From: an uncultured Nitrososphaerota archaeon
GTDB taxonomy: Archaea > Thermoproteota > Methanomethylicia > Nezhaarchaeales > WYZ-LMO8
Assembly (NCBI GenBank): GCA_964562935.1
Contig: CAZLVJ010000003.1
Coordinates: 1-42,704, forward strand
DNA: 42,704 nucleotides
Direction: 5' to 3'
The position numbers were made by a program, and so were the translations under genes. This document shows positions 1-10,143 of the stretch, piece by piece; the stretch's first letter is position 1, and the number at the start of each line of letters is the position of its first letter. The notes under the pieces were generated by a model. It did no database searches. It worked only from the letters and a program-made list of their open reading frames with translations, and had not been told where the DNA came from.

Positions 1-1222
1 CGCGTATTACTACATGACCCTCCCTGCGCCAGCCCCTCCAGCCCCAGTCCCAGCCCCAATAACACCTGCGCCAGCCCCTCCAGCTCCAGCGCCAACAAAA
101 GAGTACATCTTGGTGGGAGCCTCAATTCCCTTGAGCGGTGGCTTGGCGTATCAGGGTGAGGAGGAGAAAGCGGGCCTAGAGATGGCTATAGAGGACATCA
201 ATGCAAAGGGAGGGGTCTATGTAGCGGCCCTAGGCAGGAAGTTGCCAATAAAGCTTATCTACTATGATGGTGGAACGGACCCGGCGAAGTCTAAGAGTAA
301 CGCGGAGAGATTGATCTCGATAGACAGGGTAGACTTCTTAGTCGGAGACTTCGGAACCCCGCAAGTCTTTGCCGTGGCAACCGTCGCGGAGCAATACCGC
401 GTCCCGTACATCCCCATTGGGACGGGAAGCATCATTTATGAGCGACTGAGATACAACTGGACCTTCATACCATTCCACACCGAGTGGACCGTTCTCGGGC
501 CCATCTTTAAATTGCTTTCCGAGCTTCCACCGGATGTGAGGCTCACCAAAATAGCGATATGGCAGGAGGACACAGTGCTTGGTGCGGACAACGCCGCGGC
601 CGTGATGTATTGGGTCGAGAGGTACAAGCCGCTGTTCACTATAGTCTTCCACGAAAAGTACACTCCAAAGCAACCCGACTATTCGTCATTAATCTTGAAG
701 ACTAAAGAGGTGGGGGCTGAGGTGGTCTTCGCCGTCCCCACGACGACGGACGCAGTTACGCTCATCAAGCAGAGTAGGGAGCTAGGCTTCTTCCCGAAAC
801 TCTTCGCCTTCCAGCGAGCGGCAGAACCCGCAGACTTCTGGAAGTTACTGGGCGAAGACGCGCAAGGGATCATAGCTGGTGTACCGGGACACCCCAAGTT
901 ACCGTTCAAGAAGACCCAAGAGGTCGTTGAGAAATACAGGTCGAAATATGGAAAGGAGCCTGGGCTCGTAGTTTGCCCAGCATACGCCATAATCGAAATC
1001 TTGGCCGCCGCTATAGAGAAAGCTGGCACGTTGGATAGGGATGTAGTCAGGGAAGTGCTGTGCGCACTCGAATTAGACACTGTCATTGGACGCGTGAAAT
1101 TTAAGGGGCCTGGCCACGCCGATGTCGAGGTCATCGCATTCCAATGGCAGGACGGCAAGCAAGAGATCGTCTACCCTGAGAAATACGCAACGGCAAAACT
1201 CATATTTCGACCAACGCCATGA
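1..1222 (+). CDS. Branched-chain amino acid-type ABC transporter substrate-binding protein (LivJ/K family), 5'-truncated by window edge
   Basis: Frame is open from base 2 (AYYY-MTLPAP, like GVAYYYVTLPGP in the paralog at 20972); Pro-rich linker then VGASIPLSG...AIEDINAKGG periplasmic-binding fold motifs; followed by LivH/M/G/F genes. Confidence 0.9.
   Translation, partial: AYYYMTLPAPAPPAPVPAPITPAPAPPAPAPTKEYILVGASIPLSGGLAYQGEEEKAGLEMAIEDINAKGGVYVAALGRKLPIKLIYYDGGTDPAKSKSNAERLISIDRVDFLVGDFGTPQVFAVATVAEQYRVPYIPIGTGSIIYERLRYNWTFIPFHTEWTVLGPIFKLLSELPPDVRLTKIAIWQEDTVLGADNAAAVMYWVERYKPLFTIVFHEKYTPKQPDYSSLILKTKEVGAEVVFAVPTTTDAVTLIKQSRELGFFPKLFAFQRAAEPADFWKLLGEDAQGIIAGVPGHPKLPFKKTQEVVEKYRSKYGKEPGLVVCPAYAIIEILAAAIEKAGTLDRDVVREVLCALELDTVIGRVKFKGPGHADVEVIAFQWQDGKQEIVYPEKYATAKLIFRPTP
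23..84 (+). repeat. 20-nt direct repeat (cctgcgccagcccctccagc at 23-42 and 65-84) encoding Pro/Ala linker
   Basis: Exact duplicate 42 nt apart; encodes PAPAPPA twice. Confidence 0.85.
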
Positions 1223-1237
1223 TACTAGGGTGAGATC

Positions 1238-2188
1238 TTGAAGAAAACCTCTCTCCTCATTTTTTTAATAACCTCGTTATTGGTGTCGTCATTCGCCTTG
1301 GCCTACATAGCTTTCGGGGAACGTGCAGGTGTATTGCTAGCTACTATCGCTAACGGGGTGCTTTTGGGGGGCTTTTACGGGCTCACGGCCATGGGGCTTT
1401 CCCTCGTTTTCGGAATCACTAAGATAATAAACGTATGTCATGGAGAGTTCGTTGTGTTAGGGGCCTATGTGAGTTACTGGCTTGCCATATCCTACTGTGT
1501 AAATCCTATAACGCTAATTGCGAGCTTCCCAATTCTCTTTGTCGTCGGCCTCGTTATCGGAAAGACCTTAATGAATCGCGCAATTAAGATGGGTATTGAT
1601 CAACCCTTGCTTGTGGCCTTTGGGTTAAGTCTTTGTCTACGTAACTTAATGAGGTACCTTTGGACCGCAACTCCAAGAGGGATAAGTATACCCATGGGCG
1701 GACTTCCGTTATCTGGCGGCACGTATATATCCTATTTAAGCCTGATGATTTTTTGCGTTTCGGTCGTCGGATTACTTTCGTTACACTTGTTCCTAAAAAA
1801 CACGTTCGTCGGCAAGGCAATACGAGCTGCAGGTCAGCACCAGGAATCAGCCAAGTTAATGGGAATTAACGTTGATAACATAAATGCGCTAGCCTACGCG
1901 CTAGGCTTGCTCCTCGCAGCAGTCGCAGGGTCATTGGTTAGTCTGAGATTTAGCTTTGACCCGGAAAGTGGCTCCATGTTCTTGGGTAGAGCTTTATGTG
2001 CTGTGGTTTTGGGAGGAGTAGGTCATATCCTTGGAGCACTTGCAGGGGGGATGATCTTAGGGGTTGTCGAGTCGATCGGCGCCTTCTTTTTGGGCGACGT
2101 CATGAGAGACGCTATCGTCTTTTTGATCTTCTTGGCCATATTATTGGTAAAGCCAACGGGCCTCTTTGCGAAATACCGAGCCTTTTAG
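1238..2188 (+). CDS. livH: Branched-chain amino acid ABC permease (LivH-like)
   Basis: GLSLVFGITKIINVCHGEF and GKAIRA...A.LMGINV motifs; hydrophobic. Confidence 0.9.
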   Translation: MKKTSLLIFLITSLLVSSFALAYIAFGERAGVLLATIANGVLLGGFYGLTAMGLSLVFGITKIINVCHGEFVVLGAYVSYWLAISYCVNPITLIASFPILFVVGLVIGKTLMNRAIKMGIDQPLLVAFGLSLCLRNLMRYLWTATPRGISIPMGGLPLSGGTYISYLSLMIFCVSVVGLLSLHLFLKNTFVGKAIRAAGQHQESAKLMGINVDNINALAYALGLLLAAVAGSLVSLRFSFDPESGSMFLGRALCAVVLGGVGHILGALAGGMILGVVESIGAFFLGDVMRDAIVFLIFLAILLVKPTGLFAKYRAF

Positions 2189-2202
2189 GCAGGGGCGGGA
2201 GA

Positions 2203-3156
2203 ATGTCTAAAGTTGGGGCTTACTGGAAGTACCTCCTCTTGACGATATCGATTGCTTTATTAGCGTCGATCCCCCTCCTTATTAAAAGCGCCTACCTCAT
2301 CCACTTCTTCTCACTGCTCTTCCTGTTCTTGGCCTTAGCGAGTGCCTGGAATATTTTGGGAGGGTACGCAGGTCAAGTATGTCTAGGGACGGGCGCCTTC
2401 TTCGGCATCGGAGCCTACGGCATGATGTTGTCCGTGAAAGCAGGTCTACCCCTCTATGTTGGTATTGTCATGGGCGGCATCGCGGCAGCTTGCCTTGCCC
2501 TATTAATAATTCCGCTATTTAGGCTAAGAGGGGTTTACTTTGCGATAGGAACCCTATTCCTCCCAGAGATAATAAAAACCTTCGTCCTGTATTTCAGCGA
2601 CGTGACGGGAGGGGCCATGGGGATCTATCTGCCCTTTATACGCGATCCGTCGTTTGCGTTGGCGTACCTCCTGGCGATTTCTGTGTGTACGATTCTAGCG
2701 GCCCACTTTTTAGCCAATTCTAGATACGGACTTGCTATGAGGGCGATTCGCGACGATCAAGATGCGGGCGAGATGTACGGTATTAATGCTACGAAATTAA
2801 AGACTATGTGTCTCCTCACGTATGCCCTCCTCTGCGGTTTGGCGGGGAGCGGCTATGTGCTTTACATGGGCTTCTTGGATCCACATACAGTCTTCCACTT
2901 GTCGTGGAGCATAGCACCGGTCTTCATGTGCATAATCGGAGGTCAAGGCACGATATGGGGTCCGGTCGCGGGCTCAATAGTTTACATCACCTTGAGCGAG
3001 CAACTCACGTTTGTCATAGGAGAGCTACACTTGTTCGTCTTTGGTAGCATATTGATTGTCGTCGTCTTGCTCGCGCCATACGGCATCGTCGGTGCGTTAA
3101 AGAAGCTAAGTTTAAAACTGCAGAAAATGGCATCTCAAGCCATCCTTCTCAGGTAG
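2203..3156 (+). CDS. livM: Branched-chain amino acid ABC permease (LivM-like)
   Basis: AWNILGGYAGQV, RLRGVYFAIGTL, GLAMRAIRDD motifs; ATG at 2203 preferred over ORF-track start 1996, which overlaps livH. Confidence 0.9.
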   Translation: MSKVGAYWKYLLLTISIALLASIPLLIKSAYLIHFFSLLFLFLALASAWNILGGYAGQVCLGTGAFFGIGAYGMMLSVKAGLPLYVGIVMGGIAAACLALLIIPLFRLRGVYFAIGTLFLPEIIKTFVLYFSDVTGGAMGIYLPFIRDPSFALAYLLAISVCTILAAHFLANSRYGLAMRAIRDDQDAGEMYGINATKLKTMCLLTYALLCGLAGSGYVLYMGFLDPHTVFHLSWSIAPVFMCIIGGQGTIWGPVAGSIVYITLSEQLTFVIGELHLFVFGSILIVVVLLAPYGIVGALKKLSLKLQKMASQAILLR

Positions 3157-3788
3157 CCATGGTGATGCGTTACGCGCGATACACCTCATTTGGACCCTCA
3201 TCTTTATGCGCGCTGCACCACAAGGGGTAGTCATTCGTTGAGGACCTTTTGATAGAGCTTGAAAGGTTGATTTCGCCAAGCACTCATGCTACTGATTCTA
3301 TGGCGATGAATTTATTCAAGCCTTAGGAGAGGCATCACGATTAACGGAACCTAGGGTTGTTGAGACTTAACATCGCAGTACAACTACTTTCCAGCCCCGC
3401 TTATCCGCTTAACTAATGAGATATCGAAAAAGCTACGCTTACTCTGCTTTAGCATTAGCGCTATGCCACTTAGCGCTCTAAGTTTCGATTTTTGTTATCG
3501 TCGCCCTGGCACTAGCATCAGCGCCTCGTTCTTGCACGTACATGGCATAAGGGCCTAAAGTTGTAGCAACGTCCAGACCTTGAGTCAGACATCAGCAAGC
3601 TAACCCCTAAAGCCAGCCATCGAGGTTAATTTTTAACAAAATTGAAGGCCCCAAGCCAGGTTGAGCACCCTCCAAAACATCAAGCCATGCCACTAGGCGT
3701 AAAAAGCGACGAAGGTGGGCACGACCTCGCTTTCGCCATTACATCCCCCTTAAAACTTATATGCAAGGCTTGGCAAAGAGAGAGAAGC

Positions 3789-4514
3789 ATGCTTTTGTGC
3801 AAGGGGATAACTAAAAGCTTTGGTGGCTTGGTCGCATTAAGGAACGTGAGCCTGGAGATCAAAGAGGGAGAGATAGTAGGCCTGATAGGCCCCAACGGAT
3901 CTGGCAAGACAACGCTGTTCAATGTGATCTGCGGTATATATCGACCTGATAAGGGGGCCGTCTACTTTAAGGGGAGGGACATCACCGGTCGTAAGCCTTA
4001 CGAAATTTGCAAGCTCGGAATCGGGAGAACCTTTCAGCTAGTTAAGCCTTTTAGAACCATGACCGTACTAGAGAACGTCATGACCGCAACTCTCTTTGGC
4101 AGGTCTAAGTTCATTACTATGACCGAAGCTCGAAAGCAAGCATTAAAATTGCTGGACTTCGTCGGTCTTTCCGACATGAAGAATAGGGTGGCCGGAGAAC
4201 TTGGTATCGCCTCTCTGAGATTGCTCGAAATTGCGAGGGCCTTGGCCACGGAGCCGGAGCTCTTACTGTTGGACGAGGTAATGGCCGGCTTAAATCCTGT
4301 CGAGGTCTCAAGAGTGGGAGCCCTCGTAGAGAAGGTTAGGCGAGACCTCGGCATCACAATTTTCTGGGTCGAACACGTTATGAGAGCAATAATGAAGCAT
4401 GCAGATCGAGTCATAGTCCTAGATCGAGGCGAGAAGATAGCTGAGGGGACTCCTAAAGAGATAGCGCAGGACGAAAAGGTCATTAAGGCCTATCTTGGTG
4501 AGCCCTATGCTTGA
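3789..4514 (+). CDS. livG: ABC ATP-binding protein (LivG-like)
   Basis: Walker A GPNGSGKTT, GIGRTFQ, LLLLDEVMAGL; ATG at 3789 with TATA-like ttaaaacttata at about 3750-3762. Confidence 0.92.
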   Translation: MLLCKGITKSFGGLVALRNVSLEIKEGEIVGLIGPNGSGKTTLFNVICGIYRPDKGAVYFKGRDITGRKPYEICKLGIGRTFQLVKPFRTMTVLENVMTATLFGRSKFITMTEARKQALKLLDFVGLSDMKNRVAGELGIASLRLLEIARALATEPELLLLDEVMAGLNPVEVSRVGALVEKVRRDLGITIFWVEHVMRAIMKHADRVIVLDRGEKIAEGTPKEIAQDEKVIKAYLGEPYA

Positions 4515-5211
4515 AGTGAAAGGCATCGATGTTTACTACGGACCTCTACAAGTGCTCTTCGGCGTATCTCTCTCTGTCAAGGAAAAGGAGATAGTGACCG
4601 TTATCGGGCCAAACGGTGCTGGAAAGACTACCTTGCTCAGAACGATATCCGGGCTACTGCACCCAAAGTCTGGGAGCATACGCTTCTTAGGCGAGAAGAT
4701 AAGCTCTCTGTCCGCCGAGGCCGTGGTCAGAAAGGGGGTAGCACACGTCCCAGAGGGGAGAGGGCTGTTTCCATACATGACCGTCCTCGAGAACCTTCAA
4801 CTAGGCGCCTATACAAAGGAAGCGAGGGGCAAGATGAAGGAGAGTTTAGAGGAGGTCTTCCAGCTCTTTCCGATATTAAAAGAGAGAAAGGATCAGCTCG
4901 CCCACACATTGAGCGGCGGTGAGCAGCAAATGCTAGCCATAGGCAGGGCCTTGATGTCGAGACCTAAGCTCCTAATGTTGGATGAACCCTCTCAAGGCCT
5001 AGCGCCGAGGCTCGTCAAGACGGTGATGCGGACGTTGGAGGAGCTCCGAGCTCGCGGCATGACAATACTTTTAGTCGAACAAAACGTTTACCACGCCCTC
5101 AACTTGGCTGATAGAGGGTTCGTCCTTGAAAACGGGCGAGTGGTCCTTGAGGGGACAGCTCAAGAACTCCTAGGCAATAGCCACGTGAGGAGCGCTTATT
5201 TGGGATTGTAG
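4507..5211 (+). CDS. livF: ABC ATP-binding protein (LivF-like)
   Basis: GPNGAGKTT, VPEGR, LSGGEQQMLAIGRALM, LDEPS. Confidence 0.93.
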   Translation: MLEVKGIDVYYGPLQVLFGVSLSVKEKEIVTVIGPNGAGKTTLLRTISGLLHPKSGSIRFLGEKISSLSAEAVVRKGVAHVPEGRGLFPYMTVLENLQLGAYTKEARGKMKESLEEVFQLFPILKERKDQLAHTLSGGEQQMLAIGRALMSRPKLLMLDEPSQGLAPRLVKTVMRTLEELRARGMTILLVEQNVYHALNLADRGFVLENGRVVLEGTAQELLGNSHVRSAYLGL

Positions 5212-5268
5212 TTTAAGGAATGTTTTAAGGAAATAACCTCTGAAGGAGGGAAGGGTGAAGCTCACTCC

Positions 5269-7398
5269 ATGGACGTCGATGATGAGGGTAAGGAGTCCAC
5301 CGCCTACACGTTCTGCGATGCCTGTAATCAAGTTCCATATTGCGGGATAGAGTGTTGCTTGAGGGGCGGTCGAATAGTTAGGGTGGAGAGCTGGAGAGGC
5401 TTTCCGCACGGACCTCTATGCTCTAAGGGCTTTGCGACTCTGCAGAGGCAGTACCACCCGCAGAGGCTCGGATATCCGCTAAAGAGGACTAAGCCCAAGG
5501 GCTCGCCGGATCCCGGCTGGGTTAGGATAAGTTGGGAAGAGGCGTACGACGTAATCGTCTCAAAGATGAGAGAGGTCAGGGATAAACACGGGCCTGAGGC
5601 CGTGCTGTTCTACTGCGGAGACCCAAAGGAGATGAGGCCCGCCGTCTCGCGCCTCGCGACGGTTTTCGGTTCCCCGAACTTCGGGACGGCGAGTTCGACG
5701 TGCTATAGGGCTGCGGCCCTCGCGTCCCAGCTACTGTTTGGCCTCATAGCCCTCGGCAACCCGCCGACTAAGGATACCAAGACCGTACTTATATGGGCCA
5801 CTAACCCCGCTTGGTCAAGTCCCTACGTCATGCGAAGGCTCTTCTCAGCCAAAGAGAGAGGTGCCAAGTTCATCGTAGTGGACACCCGCAGGACCCCGGT
5901 AGCGGACAAGCTGGCCGACATCCACCTCCAGCCCCGCCCCGGAACGGATGCCGCACTGGCTCTGGGGATGATCAATGTAATAATCGCGAATGACCTTCAT
6001 GATAGAGAGTTCGTTGAGAATTGGACTTACGGGTTCAAAGCCCTTAAGGAGTACGTAAAGGTGTTCACGCCGGAGAAGGTGGAGGAGATAACGCGGGTTC
6101 CAGCCAGTAAAGTGGTGGACGCCGCTACGCTTTTTGCCACCAACAAGCCGGGCAACTTAATGGCCGGGGTTTCAGCGCTGACACACTCGACCAATGCCGT
6201 GCAAACAGTCAGGTCCATCCTGACGCTGATAGCAATAACCGGAAATTTCGACGTTCCGGGCGGAGTTGCGGTGCCTACTCACCCCCTACCGTTTAGGTCC
6301 CATAGCATGGGCGATCCCGACTTCATCATGGAAGATGAGAAGATAAAGATGAAGCACAAGAGGGTCGATAAGGACTACTTCCCCGTATGGGTCGAGCTCG
6401 TTCACGAGCAGATACAGGTGAACCTCCTTCCAGAGTACGTGAGAGAGGGGAGGATTAAGATGGCGATCCTCTTCGGCGCTAACGTGACTGTGTGGCCTCA
6501 ATTCCAAGAATATCAAGAGGCCTTAAAGAACATGGAGTTCGTCGTGGCCGTCGACTACTTCCTCAGGCCTTGGACTCACGACTACGTCGACATGGTCTTG
6601 CCAGCAGCAACTAACTACGAGAGGTTCGAGCCTTTTGTCTGGTTCGGGAGGAGGATCTACGCCAGAAGACCCGTAGTAAAGCCATATATGGAGGCGAAGA
6701 GCGATTGGCAGATAGTCTTTGACCTAGCAGTCCGACTGGGCTATTCGAAGGAGTTTTGGAACGGCGATACTAAAGAGGGCCTCGACTACATTCTTCGAAA
6801 GGTTGGTGTCAGCCTAAACGAAATATCCATCCCAGAGGGCAAGGAGGTACCGCCGCCGGGTCCAGAAGAGTATAGGAAGTATGAGAAGGGGTTGTTGCGA
6901 AAGGATGGGAGGCCCGGCTTTCCGACTCCAACTGGCAAGGTCGAGATATGGTCCACCATATTAGAAAAGCACGGCTATGATCCCCTCCCGGTCTTCAAAG
7001 AGCCGTTTGAATCGCCTGTGAGCAGACCGGACCTGGCTCGTAAGTACCCCCTCATCTTAATCACGGGCTCTAGGGTCCCCATGTACGCGCACAGTAAGTG
7101 GAGGGAGCTCTCGTGGCTTAGGGACCTCATGCCTCATCCGATAGTCAACATAAATCCGAAAGACGCCGAGGAGAGGGGTATTAAGGAGGGAGACCTCGTC
7201 GTTGTTGAGACGAGCCACGGGAGGATAAAGGTGCAAGCCCACTTAACCTACATAGTCCCTCCAGGAGTCGTCGACGTCTTTCACGGCTGGGCTGTGGTCC
7301 CAGAAGCCCACGTCAATGCGATCCTGCCGAGGGTGTTCGACCCCATCTCTGGCTTCCCCGAATACATGGCCCTCTGTCAAGTGTATAAAGTGAGGTAA
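5269..7398 (+). CDS. Mo/W-bis-PGD (DMSO reductase superfamily) oxidoreductase catalytic subunit, cytoplasmic
   Basis: N-terminal CDAC..C..C [4Fe-4S] motif with LCSKG, RISWEEA, PRPGTDAALAL, DMVLPAA, C-terminal molybdopterin dinucleotide-binding domain; SSTC putative Cys metal ligand; no Tat signal. Confidence 0.9.
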   Translation: MDVDDEGKESTAYTFCDACNQVPYCGIECCLRGGRIVRVESWRGFPHGPLCSKGFATLQRQYHPQRLGYPLKRTKPKGSPDPGWVRISWEEAYDVIVSKMREVRDKHGPEAVLFYCGDPKEMRPAVSRLATVFGSPNFGTASSTCYRAAALASQLLFGLIALGNPPTKDTKTVLIWATNPAWSSPYVMRRLFSAKERGAKFIVVDTRRTPVADKLADIHLQPRPGTDAALALGMINVIIANDLHDREFVENWTYGFKALKEYVKVFTPEKVEEITRVPASKVVDAATLFATNKPGNLMAGVSALTHSTNAVQTVRSILTLIAITGNFDVPGGVAVPTHPLPFRSHSMGDPDFIMEDEKIKMKHKRVDKDYFPVWVELVHEQIQVNLLPEYVREGRIKMAILFGANVTVWPQFQEYQEALKNMEFVVAVDYFLRPWTHDYVDMVLPAATNYERFEPFVWFGRRIYARRPVVKPYMEAKSDWQIVFDLAVRLGYSKEFWNGDTKEGLDYILRKVGVSLNEISIPEGKEVPPPGPEEYRKYEKGLLRKDGRPGFPTPTGKVEIWSTILEKHGYDPLPVFKEPFESPVSRPDLARKYPLILITGSRVPMYAHSKWRELSWLRDLMPHPIVNINPKDAEERGIKEGDLVVVETSHGRIKVQAHLTYIVPPGVVDVFHGWAVVPEAHVNAILPRVFDPISGFPEYMALCQVYKVR

Positions 7399-7404
7399 AG
7401 GGTC

Positions 7405-7848
7405 ATGGCTAGGTTCGGCTTCGTCATAAACTTAGAGAGGTGCGTTGGATGTCACACGTGCACCTTGGTGTGTAGGATGTGGACCTACGATAAGAAGGAG
7501 GACTGCTGGAATACGGTGCTCGAGTTTAATTCGCATGAGGAAAAGAGGGTCGTATGGATGCCCTACGTCTGCACTCAGATGAGGGAGCCCGCCTGCGGCG
7601 AGACCTCTAACCCGCCTTGCGTTAGAAATTGCCCGTGTAGCGCTAGAATCTATGGAGATTTAGAGGATCCAACGAGTCCTGCTGGAAGACTTGTGGCCGA
7701 GGGCAAGGCCAAGCCCCTCCTCCACGAGACGAGTAGGCCAAGGGCCTACTACTTTGGGAGGATCCCAAAGGACGTGGAGAACCAGTTGCCCAAGCCCTCG
7801 GAAGTGCTACCTAGGAAATACATACCCTTAACACAACTTCCATCTTGA
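7405..7848 (+). CDS. Short 4Fe-4S electron-transfer subunit (DmsB/NrfC-like)
   Basis: RFGFVINLERCVGCHTC..C start and PPCVRNCPCSARIYGDL; adjacent to the Mo enzyme. Confidence 0.8.
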   Translation: MARFGFVINLERCVGCHTCTLVCRMWTYDKKEDCWNTVLEFNSHEEKRVVWMPYVCTQMREPACGETSNPPCVRNCPCSARIYGDLEDPTSPAGRLVAEGKAKPLLHETSRPRAYYFGRIPKDVENQLPKPSEVLPRKYIPLTQLPS

Positions 7849-8174
7849 AGCACGCCATCGGTAGCTTTTAGAGTTGCCCTGAGGGACGTGTCGATTCAAC
7901 ATCTAGGGCGGAGGCCTTATGGTTGCTTATGCACTTATGCGTAAAGCGTCCCCCGCTCCCTCAAGGCATCCCCTAAAGCCCTAAGCAACCTTGCGAGGCC
8001 CTCATTAGTACGACCTTGTTGCTTTAATCGATTGTCGACGCTCAGCCTATAGGTCTGTCGACCCTCCTCATCCCTACCCTCTCGGTCCTAATGTTAGCCG
8101 AGACTACGTGATTGTAAGGCTTCGTCGCTCAAAATTAAGGGAGTTGTTGGTAAAAAAAGAAGTAGTACTGATGG

Positions 8175-8999
8175 TTACTTCTTGAGAGAGATGGGCTCCT
8201 CTCTATTCCACCCTGTGTATAGTCCTTCTCTATCAAGTATCTCTCTGATGATTCTCTGTTCTTCGACCGTCGGAGGGGTCATTATGTCGACTCTCTTTGG
8301 TATCAATAGCTCGAACCCCGTCCTCTCTTGAACCTCCTTGACCGTGACCTTCGGGTTAATCGCGAGGAGCTTCATCCTCTTCGTCTCCTCGTCGAAGCCC
8401 AGCACGGCTAGGTCCGTTATGACCCTGTAGGGCCCTCCGCCTCTGAGCCCAGACTTTTCCCTAGCATCTGGACCGGATATGAATCCCGGGCTGGTTATGA
8501 AGGCAACCCTCTCGGGGAACCTCCTCTTCTCATGAGGCCTCATGATGACTACGAATTTTTTAGCTAGAGATGCTATGTCGTTAGCCCCTCCACTGCCAGT
8601 AAAGTACCTCTTCGGTTTGTCGTAGGTCCCAATCAATGTGCTGTTCACGTTTCCGTACATGTCCACCTCGAGCCCTCCTATGAAGCCGAGGTCCACGAGC
8701 CCCCTCTGTAGCGTCATGCCCATTATGTCGATGTAGTCGGTGAAGCACTTGGAGCCAAACCACTCCCTCGGATCGGCAAGGCCCATCGACGTGTGAATAG
8801 GCTTCGGCTCGACCACTCCCTGCTCCATTAACACCTTAGCGTTTGGAGCGTGAGTATATATCGCTAGAAAAGTGCAGACCTCGGGCAGGCCTATGCCGCA
8901 GATGATGAGGTCGCCGTCATTTATTATGTGCGCCCCCGCAACTGCCATGAGCTCGCCGGACGTGAATTCCTTCGCGTACTCCTTTTCCTTTCCCTGCAT
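8175..8999 (-). CDS. Family I CoA-transferase beta subunit (glutaconate/3-oxoadipate CoA-transferase-like)
   Basis: GIGLP, MEQG (catalytic Glu), EVDMYGNVNST, GSGGANDIAS, VITDLAV motifs; start could extend to 9017. Confidence 0.88.
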   Translation of the reverse strand: MQGKEKEYAKEFTSGELMAVAGAHIINDGDLIICGIGLPEVCTFLAIYTHAPNAKVLMEQGVVEPKPIHTSMGLADPREWFGSKCFTDYIDIMGMTLQRGLVDLGFIGGLEVDMYGNVNSTLIGTYDKPKRYFTGSGGANDIASLAKKFVVIMRPHEKRRFPERVAFITSPGFISGPDAREKSGLRGGGPYRVITDLAVLGFDEETKRMKLLAINPKVTVKEVQERTGFELLIPKRVDIMTPPTVEEQRIIREILDREGLYTGWNREEPISLKK

Positions 9000-9013
9000 C
9001 CGGCAAACCCCCT

Positions 9014-9925
9014 TCAATAACCGAGATAAGGCTCAGCTTTTATTTCATACAGTTTTTTCACTCCAATCCTCTTCAAGTACTCCCAGTGGTCCTCAGTGGA
9101 CAGCACGAACTCCTCTAGGTATTTCTCGACTTCTCCCTTCTCACAATAGCTCAAGTAGAGCTCTATGTGCTCTTTGTCGTAGTCGTAGTACCTGTAGCAC
9201 GAAGTCGGATGGGCGCCGTAGGGGGCGTAGACCACAGCATCTACCCTATACCCTGGAATGACGACTCTCTCAGGGTCTCTCTTCGTTATTTCTACGTCGA
9301 CTATCTCGTCAGCTGTTATGATGACCCTCTTAGCTGCCCTAGCCTTCTCCTTCGTATCGAAGAGCGGGCCGTAAATCACAGCATTTCCCTCTCTGTCAGC
9401 TCGTTGGGCGTGTATGACTGCGACGTCGGGTTGGAGAGCCCTTAGTAAGATGAGGGTCTCGCCAGTAAACGGGCACTTGGACTCCATCAATTGATCTGGG
9501 GCCACTTCCTTAAGCTTCCTCAGTATATCTGAGCCGAGAAGCGACTTTGACGGGATGTAGGGGATCCCTAGAGCTCCGGCTAAGTATTTCAGACAAATGC
9601 AGAGGCCGGAGTACTCCTCTGCGATGACCCTTCCCTCTAATTTGGCTCGATCAATGTTATAGAAGGGTCCGAAACGGTCGCACCTGCCCCCTCCGTAGAT
9701 GATCTTTTTAACGCATCCGGCACCGACGAGGAGGTCTGTATCCATCGATGCTATGCACTGTGAGACTGTTAGGTCTCGCTTTCTTTGCCTAATCAGCTCG
9801 TGCACGAATGCCATTGAGGCTCTAGTGATTGCGAACCCGCTGAGAGCTATGTGGCTCCCATCGCTTATTGTCTTTACGACTTCGGCCATCGTCTTGACTT
9901 TGTCGACCATTCTCGACGACACCAC
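9014..9925 (-). CDS. Family I CoA-transferase alpha subunit (GctA/CatI-like)
   Basis: DLLVGAGCV, AGALGIPY, LLGSD, PDVAVIHAQRAD..GN, GAHPTSC..YYD. Confidence 0.88.
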   Translation of the reverse strand: MVSSRMVDKVKTMAEVVKTISDGSHIALSGFAITRASMAFVHELIRQRKRDLTVSQCIASMDTDLLVGAGCVKKIIYGGGRCDRFGPFYNIDRAKLEGRVIAEEYSGLCICLKYLAGALGIPYIPSKSLLGSDILRKLKEVAPDQLMESKCPFTGETLILLRALQPDVAVIHAQRADREGNAVIYGPLFDTKEKARAAKRVIITADEIVDVEITKRDPERVVIPGYRVDAVVYAPYGAHPTSCYRYYDYDKEHIELYLSYCEKGEVEKYLEEFVLSTEDHWEYLKRIGVKKLYEIKAEPYLGY

Positions 9926-10143
9926 CTAAGCGATCTCTTAAGTTTCTTAGACCGCAGGAGCTATGTGACCTGCACCTTGCATTAGATGGATCCTCGACTA
10001 GATATGTCTTACTCCAGAGCACGCTTTGGACGGCAATTCACAGAGCGACAGAGTCGTGACCATTTATTAAAGAGGACGCCAGCCGGAGAAGCCTCTCTAC
10101 GTAGTTTTCGTGGTAAAGAAGAGTAAAGACAAAAATTTAAAAA

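Noticed and set aside
1996-2202. Extended N-termini of ORF-track calls (1996, 3642, 13060, 22227)
   Set aside because: The extensions overlap upstream genes or promoters or add no family-like sequence; family similarity begins at the downstream ATGs used
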